Source of the DNA: Nanobdellota archaeon
Lineage (GTDB): Archaea; Nanobdellota; Nanobdellia; Pacearchaeales; GW2011-AR1
Assembly: GCA_030688225.1 (NCBI GenBank)
Contig: JAUYIO010000021.1
Coordinates: 12,080 to 76,079 of the forward strand
Length of the DNA: 64,000 nucleotides
Direction: 5' to 3'
Below the pieces are notes generated by a model, which was not told where the DNA came from, searched no databases, and saw only the letters and a list, made by a program, of their open reading frames with translations. The position numbers and the translations under genes are program-made. Below, piece after piece: positions 28,193-38,269 of the stretch (position 1 is the first letter of the stretch; each line of letters starts with the position of its first letter).

Positions 28193-30724
28193 ATGAGATT
28201 TAATTTCAAAAAAATAGTAGCTTTAGGAACTAGTGCTTTGATGACTGTATCTGGTATTGGATTTGCTGCTGCTGCAAATTTCCCTGCTCCTTTTGTGAGT
28301 GGAGGAAGTGCAAATGTGGCAATTGTTTATGGTACTGGAACAGGAGTATCATCATTAGACCTTGTTGAAGCAAGTAACATACAAGCTAACTTACAAACAT
28401 TCATGACTGGAACAAGTGGAGGAACTTCATCTTCTGTTGAAGGTGGAGAAGGAGTAATTATTCAAAAATCAAGTGATAATTGGAATATAAGAGACTCTAT
28501 GTCTAGCTTAGTTTCTACTCTTGACTATGAAGATTTACCAACTCTTCTTGCAAAAGGAACATATGTTGCAGATGACAACGATGAGTTTAAATATGAACAA
28601 AAAATAACTCTTGGGGGAGTCACACTGGAACATTTTAAAGATTCTGATTATGAAGATGAAATGGGTCTGGACACTCCAACACCTGTAGTTGGTTTAAAAA
28701 TTAATTCAAGTGAATTTGTATTAAACTATACACTTGATTTTACTACAGATGCTGAATCAGATATTGTAAGTTCTGAACTTGATGATATTGAAGGAAGTGA
28801 CATACCTTTGTTTGGAAAAACATATTATGTATCTGACTTTGATTCAACTGGAGGAGTTGTTGCTTGTGGTGCTACGTACAATTGTCTTGGTACATTAACT
28901 CTTCTTGATTCTGCTGAAATAGGAAGTGTTTCAGAAGGAGAAACAACAACTATTGCAGGGCATGATGTAAGTATTCAGTTTATGGATAACGACGAAGTAG
29001 TTTTCACTGTTGATGGACAAAGAGCTCCTGCAAGTGGAAAACTTTCTGCTGGAGGTTCTTACAAACTTAATGACGGCTCTTACATTGGAGTAAGAGATAT
29101 CAGCAAGTTAGAAGTTTCAGGGGAAATCGGTACTGCTTCATTTAGCATTGGAACTGGTAAAATAGAAATAGTTTCTGGTTCTGAAGTAGAGCTTAATGAT
29201 GAAGCTATTGACGGAGTAAAAGCATGGGTTTATAATTCAAGTGGAGGAACATCAACTCTTGCGAAGATGGACAAGATTGTTATAGAATGGAAAGCTGATG
29301 AAGAATCATTCATAACTCCTGACAATGATGTTCTTGTCCCAGGATTTGGTGGATTAAAATTCACTATGAATGAACTTGTTAGAAACACTGAAGAAGTTGT
29401 TAAAGTTGAAAAAGACGGAAGTAAAGCTATGTCTTTAACTCTTCCTTTGAAAGATGGAAGCGTTACGATACCTATTTTATTTGCTAATTCAACAGGGAAC
29501 TATCTTGGTATTGGTAAAGATAACAATACAAGATTGGCAACATCAGGGAATAGTACAATAAAAATCTATGAAAAGCATAGTGGTGCAGATTGGGACAAAT
29601 ACTTTGTTGCTACGTATAACACTTCAGCACAAGGAGAATCTTATGTATTAAGAGTTAATACTGAAGAAGTTACCGGATACAATCAAACCAGAATTGACAA
29701 ACTTACATCCTCTGGTTGGGTGAATGGTATTTGTGATGACAAAAGAGCTACAGATGAGTGTTCAATTGGAAATGTTGTTCTTACTATTAATGCAGTTACA
29801 TATACATCGGGTGGAAACAGAACTGTTGATATTGAAGGTGGAACAAATGTAGGTTTCCACACAGCAATAACTGCTGGAGGATTATCTGTATTCTTGCCTT
29901 ACACTATTAATGCAAGTACTGCTGCAACAGCTGCAGGTGCTATTAATGTAACACAAAATGAAACAGCTGGTGATGATGGGCTTAAAGATCTTTGGAATGG
30001 TGCAACAGCAGGACATGGTTATGACACCTTCTGGTTGTCTTTTGATGGTGAAGATAAAGACGACACTATATCTGCTGGAACAGGATTCAATCTAACTATT
30101 GACGACACTGGCTCTAGTGACTACGATTTGCAAGTTTCACAGATAGATGGTACTGGAACTGGAGGTTCAAGAGGAGAGGAAATTGGAGAAACTGATGTGT
30201 ATGAAACATACATAGCTGACGATGTTGCTCCAAGAATATTGCATAAAGTCCCTTCAAGTGGTGCAGATTCAGCAGAAGTATATTATCCAACAGGTAACTC
30301 TGAAACATATGCAGAGATATATGTTGCTGAACAAGGTTCAACAATTTCAAGCACAACAACGCCAAGCGGAACAACTTCACTTGGAGAGGTGTTAGTTAAA
30401 GATAGCGAAGTAAGCTCTGTAAGTTCAAAGAACTTGATTGTAGTTGGTGGAAGCTGTATTAATTCAGTTGCTGCAAACTTAGTTGGTGGTGCTTACTGTG
30501 GTTCTGCATTCACAGAATCAACAGGTGTAGGCTCAGGACAATTCCTAATAAAGAGCTACAGTGGCAAATATGCGTCTGGAAAGATTGCATTATTAGTTGC
30601 TGGTTACGAAGTTGCTGATACTGTAAATGCTGCTAAATACCTAAGAACTCAAACTGTTGATACTGGCAAAGAGTATAAAGGAACATCTGCAACAAGCGCT
30701 GAGCTTGTTACAACAGAAGCATAA
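28193..30724 (+). CDS. candidate S-layer / major surface (glyco)protein
   Basis: GGAGGT RBS 10 nt upstream of ATG 28193; signal peptide MRFNFKKIVALGTSALMTVSGIGFAAA-ANFPAPF; Thr/Ser/Gly-rich, many N-x-S/T sites, no TM; 380-bp AT-rich upstream region and strong T-tract terminator downstream. Confidence 0.45.
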   Translation: MRFNFKKIVALGTSALMTVSGIGFAAAANFPAPFVSGGSANVAIVYGTGTGVSSLDLVEASNIQANLQTFMTGTSGGTSSSVEGGEGVIIQKSSDNWNIRDSMSSLVSTLDYEDLPTLLAKGTYVADDNDEFKYEQKITLGGVTLEHFKDSDYEDEMGLDTPTPVVGLKINSSEFVLNYTLDFTTDAESDIVSSELDDIEGSDIPLFGKTYYVSDFDSTGGVVACGATYNCLGTLTLLDSAEIGSVSEGETTTIAGHDVSIQFMDNDEVVFTVDGQRAPASGKLSAGGSYKLNDGSYIGVRDISKLEVSGEIGTASFSIGTGKIEIVSGSEVELNDEAIDGVKAWVYNSSGGTSTLAKMDKIVIEWKADEESFITPDNDVLVPGFGGLKFTMNELVRNTEEVVKVEKDGSKAMSLTLPLKDGSVTIPILFANSTGNYLGIGKDNNTRLATSGNSTIKIYEKHSGADWDKYFVATYNTSAQGESYVLRVNTEEVTGYNQTRIDKLTSSGWVNGICDDKRATDECSIGNVVLTINAVTYTSGGNRTVDIEGGTNVGFHTAITAGGLSVFLPYTINASTAATAAGAINVTQNETAGDDGLKDLWNGATAGHGYDTFWLSFDGEDKDDTISAGTGFNLTIDDTGSSDYDLQVSQIDGTGTGGSRGEEIGETDVYETYIADDVAPRILHKVPSSGADSAEVYYPTGNSETYAEIYVAEQGSTISSTTTPSGTTSLGEVLVKDSEVSSVSSKNLIVVGGSCINSVAANLVGGAYCGSAFTESTGVGSGQFLIKSYSGKYASGKIALLVAGYEVADTVNAAKYLRTQTVDTGKEYKGTSATSAELVTTEA

Positions 30725-30732
30725 GTCTAAAA

Positions 30733-30770
30733 ATTTATTTTTATTTTTCCCTTTTTTCTTTTTTATTTTA
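30733..30770 (+). terminator. oligo-T transcription terminator
   Basis: tttatttttatttttcccttttttcttttttatttt immediately after surface protein stop. Confidence 0.4.
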
Positions 30771-30817
30771 ACTTATATGACGTAAGTCTCTAAAGCAAAG
30801 TTTTTATATCTAAAGGA

Positions 30818-31763
<946 letters not shown>

Positions 31764-31840
31764 TAAGTCTTTTCAAAATGTTTCCAAAAAGAATCCTTTG
31801 CCATAATAAAACTTATAAAGCCGAAAGAGAGTGAATAAAT

Positions 31841-32485
31841 ATGGTTAAAAGAGATGAAGAAGAAAATAAAGAAGAATTGCAGAGAGCAAGAGAAGACAAG
31901 CAATTAAAGATTTTTTTCGTAGGAATTTCTTTGGTTGTTGTGGCAATATTTGTTGTAATATTGGTTATTCATGGATTTAAAAATTTTGAACAAGGAGGAG
32001 TTACATTTAACGTTGTTAAGTTTTGTGATACTCAACCATGTTTAACAACATATCAAACTTCTTTCCCAGTGCTCTCTGAGGGTAAGCCTGCAGAATACAA
32101 TATTTATTTGAGAAATGATCCGAGGAAACTAAAAGAAGAAATTCCTTTTGAAGGAGTTATAACACTTGATATTCCGTTAAAACAAGTGATAGTGAATATT
32201 AGTGATGAAGAGATAATTGATTGTAACAAAGACGGGGGAATTGCTATTGGGAACCTTAATAAGATATTTACTATTTCTGGAATGAAAGTTGGAAAAGATG
32301 TAAATGCAACATGCGATCCTCAAGGAAGATATATGTTTATTCAGATAGGGCCTGGAAACTCCACAATTGTTGAACAAACAGGGCCTGCATGTTACACCAT
32401 CTCTGTGGATAATTGCGAAATTCTAAAAGGAACAGAAAGATTTATGGTTGAAACTTTTGAAAGAATTAACAAAGAATGGTTATAA
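31841..32485 (+). CDS. membrane-anchored hypothetical protein
   Basis: acidic N-terminus, TM IFFVGISLVVVAIFVVILVI, extracytoplasmic domain with Cys pairs. Confidence 0.35.
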   Translation: MVKRDEEENKEELQRAREDKQLKIFFVGISLVVVAIFVVILVIHGFKNFEQGGVTFNVVKFCDTQPCLTTYQTSFPVLSEGKPAEYNIYLRNDPRKLKEEIPFEGVITLDIPLKQVIVNISDEEIIDCNKDGGIAIGNLNKIFTISGMKVGKDVNATCDPQGRYMFIQIGPGNSTIVEQTGPACYTISVDNCEILKGTERFMVETFERINKEWL

Positions 32486-32952
32486 AACTTTTTTACGCGC
32501 TTCTTCTTACAATAATGCCTGTTACAGAATTGAGAGTTGGGCTTCCCTTGGCGATATTATATGCAAGAGAAAACGGAATTCCAATTTATCTAATCTTTTT
32601 TCTTGTAGTTCTCTTAAATGTTCTTGTAATTTTTTTCATTTTTTATTTTTTAGACAACATACATCACGTTTTCATGAAGAGAGGATTTTACAGAAAATCT
32701 TTTGGGAATTATCTTAAAAGAAAAAGGGAGAAGATAGACAAATTTGAAAGAAGATATTCTGAGTTCGGATTTATCGCTTTAGTATTATTTGTTGCTATCC
32801 CTCTTCCAGGAACAGGTGCATGGACAGGGACATTTGTATCATGGATTTTGGGGTTAGATAGAAAAAAAAGTGTTTTGGCAATAGCTCTTGGTGTTTTAAT
32901 TGCAGGTATCCTCGTAATGTTGGGGACTTTAGGAGTTATTGGATTATTTTAG
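32476..32952 (+). CDS. small multi-TM membrane protein (putative small multidrug export family, COG2426-like)
   Basis: N-terminal PVTELRVGLPLAIL resembles ELRGAIP motif of Sm_multidrug_ex family; 4 TM. Confidence 0.4.
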   Translation: MVIKLFYALLLTIMPVTELRVGLPLAILYARENGIPIYLIFFLVVLLNVLVIFFIFYFLDNIHHVFMKRGFYRKSFGNYLKRKREKIDKFERRYSEFGFIALVLFVAIPLPGTGAWTGTFVSWILGLDRKKSVLAIALGVLIAGILVMLGTLGVIGLF

Positions 32953-33456
32953 TTTCTTAAATAGAAATCTTAAATCAGAATATATCGGAATTTTTTTTAT
33001 CTTAAAATATTTAACTTCAAAAAACCAAATACCGACGACAAAAACGATACTCCCAACATACCAAAATAATTTATGAGTTATATCAAACCATTGGGAATTT
33101 GATAAGAATAATATGCTCAGCAAAAATATTCTTATTATATTTATTACAAGAAAGGCTAAAAATGCGAATGCAAGCATCTTAAATCTTTTTTTTAATTTAA
33201 CGTCAGGAACAGAAAGATTGAATATTAATAGGAGATAATATGCAGAACCAGCTATGCATGCTCCAATCAGTTCTATTGAGCGATATCCAATCATAATAAA
33301 GTCTCCTCTTAGGGAAACATCATAGAACAAGTTAAGCAAAAAATAAACAGGGTAAAGAGTTAATGGTGTGAATATTAGATATAAAAGATAAAAATTAGGA
33401 AAGGCTACGATTATTAAAATTATATACCTTAAAAAAATATCAAAAATTTTATTCAT
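32944..33456 (-). CDS. exosortase/archaeosortase-like polytopic membrane protein (short)
   Basis: IELIGACIAGSAYYLLL (Cys in ACxG context as in exosortase active site), NIIRIFLL conserved Arg; 5-6 TM, 170 aa. Confidence 0.3.
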   Translation of the reverse strand: MNKIFDIFLRYIILIIVAFPNFYLLYLIFTPLTLYPVYFLLNLFYDVSLRGDFIMIGYRSIELIGACIAGSAYYLLLIFNLSVPDVKLKKRFKMLAFAFLAFLVINIIRIFLLSILFLSNSQWFDITHKLFWYVGSIVFVVGIWFFEVKYFKIKKIPIYSDLRFLFKKLK

Positions 33457-33506
33457 ATGAAAACAATAGTGGAAATGTATTTAAATAATTTGATGTTTGT
33501 TAAGTT

Positions 33507-34115
33507 ATGTTAAAAAAAAGAGGGATAATATGGACAGCCATCATATTGGCTGTCTTTTTAATTTTTTATTTTGACGTGCAAATAGTCAAAGGAATTTCTT
33601 TAATAAATAATGCTGTGCTTAATGATTTCTTCTTAGGAATAACTTTTATTAGTTCAGAGATAATAATCTTCTTTTTTCTAACAAGTTTGTTTTTATGGCA
33701 CGAGCATAAGAGAAAATGGATCCTTCCTTTGTGGATAACTCTTGGAACAGTAGTAGTCATAAGTTTTTTATTGAAGGTTTTAGTTCATAGATTAAGACCT
33801 TTTCAAATAGGAATTGTTTCAATATTGCCTTCATTAGAATCTACAAGTTATCTCATCTGGAATTTTTCTTTTCCTTCTTTTCAATCAATGCTTGCCTTTT
33901 GTGCAATCCCTATTTTGTCAAAAGAATTTCCTAAATTCAAGTATATTTGGATTATTCTTGCGAGTTTAATTGCTTTTTCAAGAGTTTATTTTGGACTGCA
34001 TTTTATGAGTGATGTTCTTGTCGGAGGAATAATTGGATATTTAATAGGTGTTGGGATTATTAAAATAGAAAATAAAACAAAATTTGGAGAGAGAATTTGG
34101 AAGAGGGTTTTTTAA
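33507..34115 (+). CDS. PAP2 family phosphatase (membrane)
   Basis: KVLVHRLRP (Kx6RP), SFPSFQS (PSGH-like), SRVYFGLHFMSDV (SRx5Hx3D). Confidence 0.7.
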   Translation: MLKKRGIIWTAIILAVFLIFYFDVQIVKGISLINNAVLNDFFLGITFISSEIIIFFFLTSLFLWHEHKRKWILPLWITLGTVVVISFLLKVLVHRLRPFQIGIVSILPSLESTSYLIWNFSFPSFQSMLAFCAIPILSKEFPKFKYIWIILASLIAFSRVYFGLHFMSDVLVGGIIGYLIGVGIIKIENKTKFGERIWKRVF

Positions 34116-34292
34116 TATTATCTTTGATTATAAGCAAAATCAAGTTTATCTAAATATTTTTCTTTAATTTTTCCGTTTTTTATTTTTTTAATTTCCTTTT
34201 TCACAAGTTTATATTCTTGTTCTCTGAATTCATCTTCAGATATAGAAGATATCAAATCAATTCTTGAGGATAAATCAAAAGTCATTTTAGAA

Positions 34293-36050
34293 TTATTTAG
34301 CAACTCTTACTGCTATAACAATTATTATTATAACTAAGATAACATTCAATGCTCCAATTAACCATAAATACCAGTTGCTTCCGAAAGAGAATCCACCAAA
34401 TCCAGATTGTTCAATTGAAACTGAAACAGGTTGTTTCATTACTAAATCAGTTCCTGAAAGAACTTCTATGTTGAATGTTTGATCTCCTGAAGCGTCATTG
34501 TTAACTTTGAATGTTAATAGAGCTTCTTTTGATTCTCCTGAATTCACTATTAATGTGATTGGGTCAATACTTGATAATGATGCCCATGAAGAATAATCTG
34601 CTGCATTCAAAGTGTAAGTTGCTGAAGTAGTTCCTGTATTTGTTATTGTTGTTTTTATTACCAAGTCATCTCCTGCTTTTCCTCCTGATTGCAAACTTGC
34701 AGAAACTAATGCTTTTTGACTAACTCCACAATTTCCTTCTACTACAAGAGGTGCTGTGAATTTTGAATCTTCGTCATCAAAATCATTTTCATAAATATCT
34801 CCATCTTCGTCAAATACTGTAAATTCTAAGTAATATGTTTTTTCAGATGCATCTTCAGGTATCTGAACTGTGAAAGTAAGCTTTTCATTATCAAATTCTT
34901 TTATTCTTGAAAATTCTGTTCTTTCATCAATTCCCAATTCTGTGTTTCTTAATAAAACAAGAACATCATCTTGTTCATCTGAACCTATATTCCAAACATC
35001 TGCCAATATTTGAACATCCATTCCACATTGAACTGTTTCTGGGAAATCAATATTGTTAATTATTACAAAATCTGTTTCTTCTTCAATTGAAACATCTTCA
35101 GAATCATAATGACAACTTTTTTCTCCATCGTTTGAAGAATCTCTATCGTCAATTGTTCCTGTTGCTCTTACAACAATCTTATAATTATTTCCAACTATCT
35201 CATCAAGATCCATATCAAGATCCTTTTCTCTTAATTGGAATGTGACTATAAAAGTGTCATCTTTTCCATCTTTGAGGTTGAATTCTTTTATCTCATCCAT
35301 CTCAAGAACCCAATTATTAAGGTTAGAATCTGCAATGCCCCATTCTAAAGAAATATCATCAACATCATAATTTCCATCATTTTCAACTCTTACTTCTATT
35401 TCTACTTCATCCAGTGGAAGCCATTCTTCATCTTTTCCGTAACCTTCTATAACAGTTATGTCTCTTATATCTACTTTTAATTCTCCAGGATTTTGAGTAA
35501 CTCCAGAATCATATGCACAGAAATCTGCTGTTGAGGAAGTTGCTGTTCCTTCTATGACAACATTATCTAATCTACAGAATTCAGCTGTAGCATCTGTTGA
35601 ACATTCTATTTTTATTCTGAATCCAGCATTATTATTTGCTGAAGAAGGCAAATTAAATGTCTTTGAAACAAATGAAGCATCATTAGGTAAATCAGGACTG
35701 TCTGCTGTAACTCCAACAACTTCTTCTAAATTAGTGTATGTGCTTCCATCAACAGACCAAGATAATTTAAAATTATTGTCAGTTTCCCAACCATTTCCTA
35801 ATTGTCTGTCATATTTAACAATGATAGTTTCATAACCAGAAGTACTAATTGTTCTCTCAAGAGTAGCGTTATCAACATTTGTGGATTCTGCATAAGTTCC
35901 TGCATTTGACCAGTTGCTTGTTGTCCAACCAGTTAAATCTCCATCATCAAAATTATCAGAGAAAACTGTTGCAGCGCTTGCGAAATTCAAAACTAAAACT
36001 AATGCGAAGATGCTTGCGATAGACAAACAAAATGTTTTGTTTTTTATCAT
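34293..36050 (-). CDS. large secreted surface protein with C-terminal TM anchor plus basic tail
   Basis: Signal peptide FCLSIASIFALVLVLNFASA; acidic Asp/Thr-rich beta-type domains; C-terminus GFGGFSFGSNWYLWLIGALNVILVIIIIVIAVRVAK. Confidence 0.45.
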   Translation of the reverse strand: MIKNKTFCLSIASIFALVLVLNFASAATVFSDNFDDGDLTGWTTSNWSNAGTYAESTNVDNATLERTISTSGYETIIVKYDRQLGNGWETDNNFKLSWSVDGSTYTNLEEVVGVTADSPDLPNDASFVSKTFNLPSSANNNAGFRIKIECSTDATAEFCRLDNVVIEGTATSSTADFCAYDSGVTQNPGELKVDIRDITVIEGYGKDEEWLPLDEVEIEVRVENDGNYDVDDISLEWGIADSNLNNWVLEMDEIKEFNLKDGKDDTFIVTFQLREKDLDMDLDEIVGNNYKIVVRATGTIDDRDSSNDGEKSCHYDSEDVSIEEETDFVIINNIDFPETVQCGMDVQILADVWNIGSDEQDDVLVLLRNTELGIDERTEFSRIKEFDNEKLTFTVQIPEDASEKTYYLEFTVFDEDGDIYENDFDDEDSKFTAPLVVEGNCGVSQKALVSASLQSGGKAGDDLVIKTTITNTGTTSATYTLNAADYSSWASLSSIDPITLIVNSGESKEALLTFKVNNDASGDQTFNIEVLSGTDLVMKQPVSVSIEQSGFGGFSFGSNWYLWLIGALNVILVIIIIVIAVRVAK

Positions 36051-36177
36051 GTTGTAATTCTGCAGTTACTATGGTTTATAAATATTTGTATTATAAAAAA
36101 TATATTCTGATTTTAGATTATTTTGTCTTGTTAAAAAGATTTATATAATTTAATTATTTTAATTTATTGACGGAAAT

Positions 36178-36226
36178 GAGGGGCACCAAGGTTCTCCTTA
36201 CAGTAACCCCTCTTTTTTAGAGGGTT
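36178..36226 (+). promoter_or_regulatory. leader hairpin GAGGGG...CCCCTC followed by T6, overlapping an alternative hairpin AACCCCTCT...AGAGGGTT
   Basis: Read directly in 5-prime leader of membrane protein gene at 36237. Confidence 0.3.
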
Positions 36227-36236
36227 AAAAAACAAA

Positions 36237-36626
36237 ATGGCGATTGAAGCAAAAGAAAATTCTCTTGGCGCAAAGGCTTTCTTAGCAGGAGTTGTTCTTG
36301 CAATACTTATCGGATTATCTACAAGTTTGATTCCTATTCCTGCATTAAAGAAGTATAGCTCTGCAATTTATGCAATATTGGTTCTTCTTGGATTATTTAT
36401 TGGATTTACAATAAAAGTTTCGCAAAAAGATTCTCAAACATTCATGATTGCAGGAGCCATCCTTGTTATTGTTAGTAAATTTGGTATGGATAGTGTTCAT
36501 GGTTCATTAATAGGAATAGGTGTTGGAGACACTGTTGCAGCAGTATTTGGAGCTTTATTAGCATTGTTTGTTCCTGCAACAATTATTGTGGCTATAAAGA
36601 ATCTGTTTGGAATTGCAAGAGTTTAG
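36237..36626 (+). CDS. small 4-TM membrane protein, hypothetical
   Basis: 129 aa, four hydrophobic helices. Confidence 0.35.
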   Translation: MAIEAKENSLGAKAFLAGVVLAILIGLSTSLIPIPALKKYSSAIYAILVLLGLFIGFTIKVSQKDSQTFMIAGAILVIVSKFGMDSVHGSLIGIGVGDTVAAVFGALLALFVPATIIVAIKNLFGIARV

Positions 36627-36653
36627 TATAATAATAGGGTGAGAATTTTAATT

Positions 36654-36986
36654 TTAAAATATTTCTCTTGAAACCCTATAACTCCCCTCTATTCCTTCTC
36701 CATCTATTGCTCCCGAGTAATAAACTATCCCTTTGCCACATGGAGATAATGCAAATTTTTCAGCTTGCTCTTTATCGTCTCCAAATAATGCAATTTCATT
36801 AAAAGGATTTTCGAACGCTTTTACTGGTGCAGAATAACATACGTTGAGTTTTGGTCTTTCAGGCTTAACAACAGAATTAGGTAAAATATTATCTAAGGAA
36901 TCTTTCCCAATTAAAGATAAACTCCCAAAACCAAAAAGAATTGTTTTAAAGAAATCTCTTCTCTTTATTTTGTTCATTTTAATCAA
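36654..36986 (-). CDS. small secreted protein with twin-arginine-like signal
   Basis: KIKRRDFFKTILFGFGSLSLIG resembles Tat motif RRxFLK plus h-region. Confidence 0.35.
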   Translation of the reverse strand: MIKMNKIKRRDFFKTILFGFGSLSLIGKDSLDNILPNSVVKPERPKLNVCYSAPVKAFENPFNEIALFGDDKEQAEKFALSPCGKGIVYYSGAIDGEGIEGSYRVSREIF

Positions 36987-37371
36987 ACCTGTTTCTTGGT
37001 TCTTCTTTGTCTATTTTCTCTGGTTGCTTTTGGATTTTTGCAAAAGAAGGTGTTACAATAACAATATTTTCTCCAAATCCAGCAATAGTTCCTTCAAGAG
37101 CATCTGTTGTTTTCTTTATTTTTGAGACAGCCCTTTTTAGTTCAATAGGATCTTTTTTTCGGATTACCTTAATATCAATTACTGCGATAGTATATCCTTC
37201 TCTCAAAGCATTAAGAATTTCGTTTACATCTTCGTAATCTTTCAAAATGAATAGTTTCACCAAAACTTTTTTTTCTTTTTCTTCGTGACCAACATCAATC
37301 TCCAAATATTCGTCGTCCATAGGTTCTGCAACAGAATCGGAGAAAACTTTTTTTATCTTATCAAATACCAT
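36979..37371 (-). CDS. sepF: cell division protein SepF
   Basis: LKDYEDVNEILNALREGYTIAVIDIKVI...ALEGTIAGFGENIVIVTP matches SepF/DUF552. Confidence 0.65.
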   Translation of the reverse strand: MVFDKIKKVFSDSVAEPMDDEYLEIDVGHEEKEKKVLVKLFILKDYEDVNEILNALREGYTIAVIDIKVIRKKDPIELKRAVSKIKKTTDALEGTIAGFGENIVIVTPSFAKIQKQPEKIDKEEPRNRFD

Positions 37372-37425
37372 AATAAAATTTATGAGTGAGATATTTATAA
37401 AGATTTCGGGGATTTTTCACATATA

Positions 37426-37746
37426 TTATTTCTTTATCCCCTTCATTATCACGTCTCTTAATTTTTCCAATCTTTCTGTTAGGGAAGACTCTTGTTTCTC
37501 AATATTCTTAATTCTTAACTCAAGAATCTTTTCTTTGTTTGAAAGTTCCTCGTTTATTTTCTTTTTATCTGTCTTAATCATTAATTGTCCTATTATCTTG
37601 AATACATCTTCTTTGGATTTTTCTATCTCTGACAATGCAGATTTTGTTTCAGACATCTCCATCTGAAAAGCTTGTTTTTGCATCAACAAATTTTGCAGAG
37701 TTTGTTCCAGGATTTGCATTTCCTGAATATTTTTGTCAGAAGACAT
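37426..37746 (-). CDS. pfdB: prefoldin beta subunit
   Basis: coiled-coil-hairpin-coiled-coil layout, QILEQTLQNLLMQKQAFQ...; 106 aa. Confidence 0.7.
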   Translation of the reverse strand: MSSDKNIQEMQILEQTLQNLLMQKQAFQMEMSETKSALSEIEKSKEDVFKIIGQLMIKTDKKKINEELSNKEKILELRIKNIEKQESSLTERLEKLRDVIMKGIKK

Positions 37747-37747
37747 T

Positions 37748-37885
37748 TTACTTCACCTTTACTTTTTTTATTTTAGTTCTTGGCTTGTAAAAAATTTTGC
37801 TTCCACAATGAGGACAAACAAATCTTTTTTCAAGAGCTTTAGAAACTATACTTTTCTCGCATTTAAAACACTTGTATTGAACCAT
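37748..37885 (-). CDS. rpoP: DNA-directed RNA polymerase subunit P (RpoP/Rpb12)
   Basis: Not in ORF track; hand translation MVQYKCFKCEKSIVSKALEKRFVCPHCGSKIFYKPRTKIKKVKVK, C-x2-C...C-x2-C zinc ribbon with CPxCGSKI signature. Confidence 0.7.
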   Translation of the reverse strand: MVQYKCFKCEKSIVSKALEKRFVCPHCGSKIFYKPRTKIKKVKVK

Positions 37886-37926
37886 TTTATTTTAATATTC
37901 TCTTCCTTTATTTAATTTTCTAATTT

Positions 37927-38142
37927 TCATTCTAAATAATAGGCGTGGCCTGCAAATTTTTTTTCGCATTTAGGGCATTTCCAGATGCCTTTTGATAATC
38001 TTTTTACACCTATTTTTTTACAGAAAGGGCATTTTTGTTTTTTTCTTTGCTTGTTTTCAACTTCAACTAATCTTGCCCTTACTTTCTTTCCGTATCTTGC
38101 TCCAAACCTTCCTGATGCTTTTGATTTTTTTGATTTTGGCAT
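37927..38142 (-). CDS. rpl37ae: ribosomal protein L37Ae (eL43)
   Basis: GRFGARYGKKVRARL...CPFCKK...WKCPKCEKKFAGHAY. Confidence 0.8.
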   Translation of the reverse strand: MPKSKKSKASGRFGARYGKKVRARLVEVENKQRKKQKCPFCKKIGVKRLSKGIWKCPKCEKKFAGHAYYLE

Positions 38143-38164
38143 TTTGTGTATTGTTAAATATAAA

Positions 38165-38237
38165 TGGGGCTGCCCGGATTTGAACCGGGGTCGTCAGGTC
38201 CCAAACCTGAAAGGCTACCAGGCTACCCCACAGCCCC
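38165..38237 (-). tRNA. tRNA-Pro (anticodon UGG)
   Basis: Minus-strand cloverleaf: acceptor GGGGCTG/CAGCCCC, anticodon stem TCAGG/CCTGA loop TTTGGGA, T arm CCCGG-TTCAAAT-CCGGG, discriminator A. Confidence 0.8.
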
Positions 38238-38269
38238 CTATTGAGAGAGAGGGAAATTAATTTATAAAA

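Noticed and set aside
36178-36236. Fluoride (crcB) or preQ1 riboswitch upstream of the small membrane protein
   Set aside because: Sequence does not match the consensus of either class as recalled, and the downstream protein lacks the Fluc TFSTF motif; kept only as a generic attenuator-like structure
37733-37915. 60-aa plus-strand track ORF
   Set aside because: Low-complexity F/L/S-rich product; the opposite strand encodes a textbook RpoP zinc ribbon
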